Assembly (NCBI RefSeq): GCF_002113885.1
Contig: NW_018480040.1
Span: 124,001 to 188,000 of the forward strand
DNA from: Mizuhopecten yessoensis
Taxonomy: Eukaryota
Length of the DNA: 64,000 bases
Direction of reading: 5' to 3'
The translations under genes and the position numbers were made by a program. The notes beneath the pieces were generated by a model, which had not been told where the DNA came from, did not search any database, and was given only the letters and a program-made list of their open reading frames with translations. Positions 54,014-64,000 of the stretch are shown here, piece by piece (the stretch's first letter is position 1; each line of letters starts with the position of its first letter).

Positions 54014-57000
54014 AATCTTAAAGGCAGGATAACATTTAACAAAATTCGGTACATGCAACATAGTGACCCAACTAATATAGTAATTTAACACGATATTAAA
54101 GAGCATATCCTTATTCTTAATAATCACTGCACGATTCTTGATACTCTTCCTTTAATAGAATACTGAATTATAATATAGTCTCGCTCGCGCGTGCGAGAGC
54201 TCAATAAAACTGACCGTAAGAAAATCTAGCAAACATCTGAAATACTACACTGTGACATTGGTATATATCCGGTTAATTGTGTTAACAATACGCGCTATTT
54301 TGTGCCCTAATAAACAAAGGGACATGTCGATATCCAAATCAAATTGTGTTTTGAAATGCCTTTGACTTATCACAAGAAATGGGAAATACGATGTTGAAGT
54401 AACTAAAGAGACTTACGTCCTATTTGTATGACATTATGACACAGCAGCTATTTTTATGGTCATGTATTTGTCTTTACAAAATAGATTGTACCCGAGTAGT
54501 ATTTTTTTAAATAACAAGTTTGTATAATTCACTAAGTTGAGTTTTGAATTTCAATGCTTTGATCATGTTCAGTACAGTCTACATTCAATAATAAATTATG
54601 GAAAATCAGGTTGCACATAAACGTATTAGATTCTGTTCCAATATTGAACAATGTTTTGGCTAACAAAATGGGTATATACATATAACCACTCCCGAAACAC
54701 ATTTACCATATTTATTGGGGTGGATGTCTTTATATATATGATAATATGTAATTACATATACATTTCCAGTCCTTATTATGCTTTACTTTCCTTCATTAAA
54801 CACTTGGAACAACTTCAGAGGGAAAACATTCTAATACAAGTACCCATAACAACATAATAAGATGTTTAAACCTTCAATTACCCCTAGTGCTTCACTGTTG
54901 GACATTTTCGGGGAAACTTTTATTTCTTGTACACGCCATAACATCTTACTAATAGAGTTAATCTTTTTTTCTCCTAATTCATCCCTTTATTTCTGTAGAT
55001 TAAGCTTTGCTATGCTTATTTAATTTGGCATGCTTGGTGTAAGCTCCTTATCTGTAGCTAAGGACAAAATAAAGTATGTTGTTGATAAGAATAAACTAAT
55101 TTCACTGTGACCTACGCATAAATAATGTACCAGTTTTGGGGATCAGCTTCATTATATCGTCTTAAGTGTTGCACAATGCATCAAAATAATGTAGAAAGAT
55201 CCAGAAAAATTACATATAGTTTTCTCAAAAGGAGGCCATTTTGTTACCCGACTTTATCCTATCATATCTCGGGATGGTCTTCAATGTTACTTTATTTTCA
55301 AATAATATGATCACTGTATCATTCAAAAATATACTATTGATGTATGTATTGCTTCCTTAATCATCACCTTTGGTGAGCACTACTCTGCTTTAAAAAGTTG
55401 AAAATAATAATTGGACAGTATTATCAATATTTTTCTTGTCGAATAATGCATTTAGTTAAGGTAATGTACACATGATTTAGATGTTTTTCTTCATAGTTTT
55501 CGTCAATCTGATAATGTAGATATGTTTACACAAGTCAGATGTATGACGTCAGATTTCAATATTTTGACATAAGCACTGTGAGAACTTTACGTTGCACTTT
55601 ACGTTGTTGATTATAAATAACCGTATACCTCAATCATAATTTACAATATGGCGTTGATTGCGTAACCTCAACATAAATACACCGGATCATTTTTGTCGAT
55701 AGAGAATCTTAGCCGAATCCCTCTTCAAGATGTACTGAACGTTTGTCGTCGCCCTCTGCCTGATTGAATAGGTACACTCTTTTTTAATAGAAACCTAGAC
55801 CAAAGTTACATGTTGTCAAGGAAACGCTCAATTTCCTAAGTACTTGGTTACGTCTTTATTATCATTGGCTCTCTTTCGTTTTGTTTTTGAGTCAGTTTGA
55901 TATCTTATTTTTTCTAGTTCATTAATGATGTTGTTTATCAACTGTATTTAGTCAGTTACCTTATAATTATGTTGCTAGCGATGATTCAGCGTTAACTGAA
56001 TATGCATTTATAACAAGTTTGTTTTCGTTATAGAGAGGTGACGGTATGTGTAGTGTTTATTTCTGTGTTATACTTACGAACTGGAAGTGGTAATGATACA
56101 TTTCACCTGCATAAATTAATCGGAGTTTAATGGCACTCCGAATAGCAAACCATCGTTATTTTCTAATGACTCGATGACTCACACACAGACAAGTTACACA
56201 CATAAACACCAATTACACAACTCTTGGGACGCAAACACACAGAAATGCACACAACTATAATGGCAATCGCCTCTTTTATACGTATGACTATGTACACATG
56301 AATCCTGTGCTTGATGTCTAAAGACCTCCATTTCAAGCGTATGGTTATCAACGTTTAAATTCATCATTCGGTGAGTATTTAATCCTGCATATTGTTTTTC
56401 AAATTTGATAAATATTCACCTTTAGACCTTTGTTTTTATGAGTGTCACTATTGGTAATAATGTGGTTAATTAAAACGATAGGCGGGCGATAACGGTTTAA
56501 TTTTGAACCTGTAAGCCCTACTTTTTTGCTTAAATTAAAATGTACTATGCTTTCTTTATTTAGCCCAACAATTATTAATATTCAAGACATTTTCTCAAAT
56601 CTTCACTACTGGTGTTGGATCATTATCTGCAATTTTATAGGGAAACAACATCTATATAAGAATGAATAAATATTACAATGTTTTTAATCGGAATAAACTT
56701 TACGAATATTGTCATTTTTATAAAAGAAAACAACAAATGGCCTAAATATGAGCTCTGGGGAACGCCAGCTGTACTTTGTCTAAGGGTGCTTTTGTAACTT
56801 TGAAATTTAAGTTTTTGAGATTTATTAATAAACTTCTTTTCAAATCAATAATAAATACTACCTGAGATACAAATCATCTATACAAAATCCGTTTATACCT
56901 AACTCAATCAAAACTTTTCTCTTATGTCAAGAAATACAAATCTATTATCTTTTTATCTAGATGTATACTTATCGTATCATATACTGGAAGAAGTTGGTCG

Positions 57001-58379
57001 ACTGTAGAATCGCAATATTAGAAACCTGATTGCTATTTACTATAAGACCTATTTTTTATGATGATGAATTCGTATGTAAATACTATTTGTTCAGAAATTT
57101 TGGATAGACCTGATGAAATTGTATATAGTTACCTGGGTCAGTAGTATCGCATTAGCTTTCGAAAGAGCATAAACATTAGTTACTCCCCACGTATGAGTCT
57201 AACCACAAGAAAAAAAACTTTCATTGAACAGGAGTTTTACAACGGAAGGAAGTAAAAACTTAATTAGATTTCGGATAACACCATCATAACAGAAACAGTT
57301 GACTTATTTGCCAACAGACCCTGTCTCCGGCACACATGCACGCTTACACAACACACAAAGCGGCACGCCCTTAGCTGTTAAAAGGACGTTAAACAATATA
57401 AAACCAAACCAAACTAACTAAATGCTTTTAGAATTTTGACATCATTTGTATCTTTATTTTCTTATAACTAACGGGAGGTAGGTACTGTTGCCTTCTGTCA
57501 AAGATTATATCAAATACAGTTATAAAAATATTGAAGTCTTCAATTTGACTCATTCAGCTTTGTCACTTGGATATATCAATGTATTATTATTTACCTTTTG
57601 AAGGTGACATGTAGCTAATTTACCTTGAACCAAGAAATCTATGTAGTCATTCTCCACTACTTCCCTAGATAGTGGATGTACGTATCCCTTAAACGATTTC
57701 GCAAACTTACAAGGTAGTAACGTTTGCCATTCTAATTAGGTCAAACAGTTACGACTGTTTTCAAATTTCTGCCAGACAAATACTCAAATACATTTTTTTG
57801 TGATCACACTCATACAATGTTAGAGAACGATTATCACAGGATGTTCGCAAGTGTGCTGTGATTATTTGTTATTTGTAGCATAGAAAACAACAGATAGGCT
57901 TCAGACTCGGTGTAAACATTGCAGTAATAATAACCACGACAACAACAGGCGCATTTGAGACGCATTACATATTAATTTCAAAACAAAGGACATTATATAA
58001 GATTAAAATTTGCAACATGATATGAGGATTGGTGACAGTACAAAATAAGAACATGTAGATACATAGAATAATAGGATACCCTTATAACACTTTGCCTTCA
58101 TGTTAATACCCCACAGGGAAAGCACGTGCGGACCCGGCACAAGGGTAGATGAACACCAGGTGGAAAGTGCATGAGATAATAATGTTTCTGGATGCTCTAA
58201 GAAAACACCACAATCTTGCACTAAAGCCTTTTGGGAAAACACTAAATGTCATGAGGAAAACAACTGATATATGGGTGTAAATTCAGCTAAGGTGTCCTCT
58301 CGTATCAAAATATCAGTTAATTTTGGCTCCTGTTGTATTGATAGTGTAAATTATTTTCTTTTGTGTCTTTTTTTAGGAA

Positions 58380-58590
58380 TCATTAACAGAAACATTCTCA
58401 AGAAAGATTAAAAAGGATGAAACGCAATTGCATAACACGCAAGGACAAAATTTAAGCTCCAAACTAACACAAAAGGAAATAAGAACAAAAACATTATAAA
58501 TCCTAGATATGAACCGAACGCGAAACAAAGTGTTCCGGAGAAAAGCGGTTCCGGCACCACATGTGGTATCAGTCACGCTTTCTCCCGTCA
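58380..58590 (-). mobile_element. Penelope-associated repeat fragment
   Basis: accacatgtggtgccggaaccgcttttctccggaacac resembles the common mollusc Penelope terminal motif. Confidence 0.4.
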
Positions 58591-59364
58591 ATTCAAAGGA
58601 TATTTGTACGTTATTTAGGTTGGAATGTATGCATGGTTAACGTTCGGCGCAATGTTTCTTGAAATCTTGAAAACTTTGGACGAATATTTGAACGCTTATC
58701 TTAGTTTTAAGCGTTAAAACTGATTTCAACGTGCAATTGGATATCTGTCAACCATCTTGTTCAGAAAAAAATATATGGTAAACTGTCAAATAAACCGTAT
58801 TTCAAAGAAACATTAACAGGGAGGCAGAGGCAAAACAGTATCAGGGCTCAATATGGCGACCACAACATTTGTCCAAAGTCTTCATCGACTTGCATGAACT
58901 AAATGAAAAGCACGTGCAAACCCTGCACGTTCTCGAGAAAAAATGTTGCAATGCAAATGTTAATTTGTATCAACTAACTTAATGAGTTAGTGTAGAGCGT
59001 TTAGCGGGTTTCTTTCTCTCTTTATCTCGTCTCTCCTTTCCAGTTATCATAATGTTTGTTAAGTTTTTATTTGTGCAACACACGAGAACATACTACATAT
59101 CAAATATCATAATGTAACCACACAATACGTTAAACTATATTTTTAATCTAATTATGATATTTGTAAGTTCTTTTATGATTTAAGTGTTATACCTTTGGCA
59201 TTTAGCAGTTTTAGGAGTCAAATCACCATTTCCTTGAACTGTTATATGATAGGCATGTGCACTAAATCCAATGAATCAAAATGTAATTTAATGTACAAGT
59301 GTGTGTTCTGAATGAAGTTGACTGATAACATCAGACCCGATTGAATATTATGTTTTTATTGTAT

Positions 59365-62300
59365 TCAACCAATTGGCATCATTGTTGTAGTGTGATGGTG
59401 ATGAGGTCTTGACACGACGAACACGTCCTGACTTGCGCACATGTGTTCAACGTGGATGCTTAACTTTAAAACATCGTCATGGGACATCTGTGTATGGTTA
59501 CCCTTGGCTACGAGAACCATCAAATCATTCTAAAAATAGAAAAAGCAATTACATATTTTATCACATAACTGACCCATGTTACTATGTCATACGGCCATGT
59601 CATAAATATGGTATTACACACGTGTAATAAAACCTAGGTGCTGCAAATGGACGAAACCTTAAGAACATATTCCTTCGCCACTACAGGTATTTAACTGCAG
59701 CTTTTTTGCGGACAAATTTTAATGGTTTTGCTGTGAAATGAATTAAAAATGTTTATTTTCTCATTATTATATTCATTGCATTTCAAACTGTTCATTATTT
59801 AAAAAAAAATCCGGAACTACTTTGCGTTGCGCGAAACGACAATACTATGATCGGAGTACTTTGGTTTTGAGTCAGTTAATTTATCTTTTTTCAAATTATG
59901 AAAGTAATGTGATAAATAGGATCCTACATTCGTGTCCTTATCATATTGAATTTATTAAATCGTTCAATAATTTGATTTGACACTCGCCTGAAGTCTCGTG
60001 TCATATCAAATTATTGAACTCGTTTAACAAATTCAATATGACATGGTAGCTCATGGAAGATTTCTCTATAAATCAATTAATCACATTGTTTTCAAATGTA
60101 TGAACTGAGGCTGTTGATTACTTTCTTCCTTTTTGATTGATACATCAATTGTCTGTTGATGATGGTTGTAAAAAACTTTACTTACCTCGAGTTTTAAAAT
60201 CCCGTCTGTTGTGTGTACCTGTGGTCGTGTGGACATCTTTAGCTTCTCAATGTAGCAGGTATCTCCTCGCTTCATTACCATTTGATGCTGCGGGAAAATT
60301 CACACACATATATATATATAAAGTAGTGCAATAAAGGAATTCAAGATTAAAATATCAATGTCCCATAAATAACGGAATTGACTCCTTAAAGCAGTTCTAA
60401 TAAAATAATATTCAAAAATATACAGATACGTGAATAACATCGATTCGAAACATGGCATGTTATTAACTCAATATGGTAGATAAGCAGTTCAAAAAGGTTT
60501 AATTCCGCAGTAAATCCATATTAAAATTCAAAACTAAGACTACATTAGTCCTATAAATATCATGAAAAGCGCAATTTAATACCTTGATTGGAACTATGTC
60601 TTCGGGATTCATGTGTAATCTAATTTGTATTCAATAACAAAGGAGAAAATGAGACATTTGCTTGGATGCTCAAAAAGTTTGAGTGAAAATTTAAATTTAG
60701 ATTTTCTTTACGTTTTTCGGCCATGATTAGCACCACAATTGGAACACCATATCACAGACTATGAAACTGATTTTATTTCAACTAGTTGATGTGCCGATTG
60801 CAACAAAATATATTGCTTTTATAAATACCATACGGAACTACAATTGCATAGTCCCGGGTAAGAATGGGGTGTAAGACATTTCTATCATACACCTCAGTTC
60901 ACGTGACGTGACATCACAATGGCTCAACAATGACGTGACCTCACGAATTTGGAACTCTCCGATACCACAATGCGGAAAAACTCTGTTTGATAATAAGCGG
61001 TATGCTACATTGATGTAAATCTGGCTGACATATTCGTTTTCGTCAAAAAGATCTCATGAGAAACATTTATATTTTCAAAATGGTAGCCAGTCCACACGCA
61101 TTTTCATGGTTTCTAAGCTTATTGTGGTAGTTGGAATGAGAGAAAAATACTAATTCATGCCCAAGGGTGTAGGATAGGGAATTCCTACCCTCGGAATTTC
61201 CAAGGCAAAACTATCCGAATTTGAAAACCCCTCGGGTGGAATTTCCCTATCCTACACCCCTGGGCATGAAAGAGTCTTATAATACTTTTCGCCTATAAGG
61301 ACCAGAAATCATCATTTAAACATGCTTACAATTCACCCCTTTAAAATACTCCAAAATTTTCATCGACATACGTCGTTTTTCCTTGTTTTCTGATATGTTT
61401 ACTTTGATTTCTAAAACTGTTCATGAAAACAAAACTTTCTGTGGAAATGCTGACAAGTATATCCTTTGGTATACTTTCATAGGAACATATCTTTAAGTAC
61501 TATATTCGAACCATTTTCTGACCGTGTACCAATTTGGGCAGCATACCTATAGTGGTAGCGCGACGTTACATTCGTAACTGATGTCGGTTCATCAACAGTT
61601 TGTGTAACCTCGATATTTTGTTCTAAATATATCGTTTACTTATAAATGTTCCCTAACAGGTACATACCGACAGAGCGTCATAGTAGAACAAAGCTTGGTC
61701 AAACTCGTTAGATTCGTGAGGACGATGAGGATGGTGAGTAGATGGAGGTATTGTGGTCATACAACATATCTGTAAAACAAAATCACATATTCCACAAATA
61801 AATGCCTTCTATAAGACAATGACAGCCATCCCTAAATCCGAAACGAGATTATTTTTCTCGTCAGCTTAATCAAACAGATTATCATATATCGGTATTTCAG
61901 TAAAACTTGAGCTGTAAAATGGCGATAACATACATAGTATTGATAAGTCAGTATTTGTTTTCTATGTTTACACATACCCCTCCGCATTAAAGCCATTTTG
62001 GTCTCTGTGGGGTATAACATGTAGATAGATAGATAAAATTGTAATGAGTTAAAGTAAAGGATACAACACTGCATAAGATATAATGGCGAAGTAGATTCCG
62101 CACATATTTTTTTCTACTTAGAGTAATCTCCCTTTTACATAGATTATGAAGCAATCAAAAGGATTGCTTATTGTTTATTTCGCAGGGTTTGGCGTCCATA
62201 ATTTGGACAGACATCTTGATGTTCGATACATTTGTATGTATATTCCTGAATGGCTCCATTGTTAAAGAGTAGTCTTTGTAATGAAGAGGTTCTTAGATTG

Positions 62301-62832
62301 ACTCCTGAATTTTTTTTTGTTTTTAATATAATCAAAATTTTGAACAAATATAATTCTGTAAAATGCATTCTAACATGTCATTTTTATGAAAGAATTCTTT
62401 GGAAACAGCTTCAACAAACATCTAACAACAGTGCGATAAAGCTATCTGGTTATGGTATAGCTTAACTTGCTGGTCAGTGAGAGATATTATATTTATATAA
62501 CAATCTTGGTACGTCCATGGGTTAAATGTTTGATATCTGACAAGGAGAGAGATAGTATATCAAACTACCACAGTGATTACCTTCAGGAACAAAATTCTAT
62601 TATTCTATTAGGACAAATAAAGTGTCAACAAATATCTTAAATATGGAAACCAAGTAAACACCAAAACAAGATGGAGGACAGCAAGAACATCTACAACACC
62701 AATAAAAAAGCCGACGCCAGATATTCCAAAAGAATACATTCACCCTGCAACACATGCAATTTCAGTCCAATGTCTTTAAAAGCAACTTACCTGTCCAATC
62801 AGACACACGACGACAGCCAAAGCACAGTACAT
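59365..62832 (-). CDS. Gene D: secreted BRICHOS-like protein, 136 aa; exons 62832-62791, 61769-61668, 60287-60186, 59529-59365
   Basis: TATATAA 62907-62901. MYCALAVVVCLIGQ|ICCMTTIPPSTHHPHRPHESNEFDQALFYYDALS|HQMVMKRGDTCYIEKLKMSTRPQVHTTDGILKLE|NDLMVLVAKGNHTQMSHDDVLKLSIHVEHMCASQDVFVVSRPHHHHTTTMMPIG*; AATAAA at 59360-59355. Confidence 0.9.
59916..60070. mobile_element. Hairpin non-autonomous element (Crypton-N-like) in gene D intron 3
   Basis: tcatattgaatttattaaa...ctcgcctgaagtctcg apex...tttaacaaattcaatatga. Confidence 0.55.
61154..61283. mobile_element. Hairpin non-autonomous element (Crypton-N-like) in gene D intron 2
   Basis: ttcatgcccaagggtgtaggatagggaattcc ... ggaatttccctatcctacacccctgggcatgaa. 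Confidence 0.6.
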
Positions 62833-64000
62833 CTTGCAAAGGTATGGTATGGGAAGGTACGGTTTTCTCTCAACAAGAATGACCTAGGTATATGCTCATG
62901 TTATATACTAGTGGACAATGAGGCGCTTAAGGGTCAGTCGACTTAACAATATTCCTATTATTCAACAAAAGATGCAACTAATGTTACGTTCATGTAAAAT
63001 TCTATATATAATTATCGAATATGTCAATTCAACAAGGTCGGGTTTTTTAAACAAGCAGTCATGTAAGATTTTATCAGTTTTGTTAAACACCTCGCAATGT
63101 AGGGTAAATGTCTAATGAACGTATTCACATATCGCTGAATTGTGTAAGCAACAACATATGTTGGTTCCCGTTAGGAAATAGAAATCGTGACAAGATTGTA
63201 CTGCCCGATTAAATAAAGGTGTGTGCCTGGGTGTACTAACTTTGGACACAGGAGAACTGTGTAACCTCAAATTATAGTCATAGCAAATGTTTTCCCATTT
63301 TTGAGATTATTTAAAAACAATTTCAAATATGAAAAATTTAATTGGCTCGAGTTTTGACCGACATCATGATGAACGAAATTTTTAGAAAACAAATCACAAT
63401 GAAAAAATAACAATATAGGTTCCACTTATGTTTTGAAAATTCTATTGTACCAAAGAGTAATTGTATTCAGTAATATTTCAATTCCTACTCCAGTTGGACT
63501 CAATGCAACTACCAAATGTAGCCTGTTTTATATGGCGATGAATTTGACCAGATTAACATTTTCTGTGCGTATAATTTTGCGAAGGGTGATAACTATTGAC
63601 ATGTTTACGCAAAGAAGATTGCGTTTTCTTTTTATGCATGTCTTGGCTGTGTTGAACTACCAACGTACACTAAATTTGTATGATGGTCGTTCAATGACGG
63701 ATTATTTGTTTTACATTACGTCAATACGTAGACTTGAAGAACACGGGACAAACTATCAGAATGGACTTCAAAAGTTTCAAATATTGAAAAAACATGCAGT
63801 TCATTAAATTTGTTTCATAACCAACTCAATTCATCACCCCTGAAATCGACTAAAAAGCAAGATCCTTAATCCTTAATTGAAATGATACAAAAACAAACAA
63901 TAACGGCAATGAACAAAACACAATTTTAGCAAGAAATGGGTACCTTATTTTAACTCTTTTTAGTACTTAAAAAGGCAACGCTTATAAAACGATATTAGTA

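Larger units (their letters stand above)
9170..56090. repeat. ~47-kb imperfect palindrome (inverted segmental duplication): left arm ~9170-32880, right arm ~36931-56090
   Basis: Collinear reverse-complement anchors throughout: 12344/52479, 13511/51065, 14605/49926, ~16440/48170, 19216/48041, 21446/42676, 22331/41772, 26801/40349, 28080/39122, 32875/36936. Outer ends are approximate because identity fades. Confidence 0.95.

Noticed and set aside
59409-59529. C-terminal antimicrobial peptide as in polychaete BRICHOS precursors
   Set aside because: Tails after the second Cys are short, with no additional Cys and no cationic beta-hairpin sequence.

Overview
AT-rich animal genomic DNA, most likely from a bivalve mollusc (inferred from the V-domain SINEs, Crypton, Penelope, L2 and CR1 repeats). 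The ORF track is largely uninformative because the real genes are spliced. By hand I assembled a cluster of four-exon genes, all with phase-0 introns, encoding small secreted proteins: signal peptide, then a variable Thr/Pro/His-rich linker, then a compact BRICHOS-like domain (F-x-Y-D...C-Y-[IL]...L-[SG]-x5-[FML]-C). Five copies look intact: A (12344-14605,+), B (21446-25260,+), C (38124-40152,-), A' (49926-52482,-) and D (59365-62832,-). Two are pseudogenes (C' and B'). A, B and C lie in a ~47-kb imperfect palindrome (left arm ~9.2-32.9 kb, spacer ~4 kb, right arm ~36.9-56.1 kb). After the inverted duplication, A survived on both arms and diverged mostly by amino-acid changes, B survived only on the left arm, and C only on the right. 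C carries a His-rich, heavily N-glycosylatable HNGTHGNHS(F/Y)PH repeat. The palindrome centre also shows a 7.3-kb head-to-tail unit bounded by ATCATGA and collapsed at two single-N gaps, and a 35-bp templated insertion copied from one arm into the other. The 5' end of an unrelated secreted glycoprotein gene lies at 555..1 on the minus strand. The BRICHOS assignment rests on motif recognition and needs HMM or structure confirmation; identity values are estimates by eye or hand counts.
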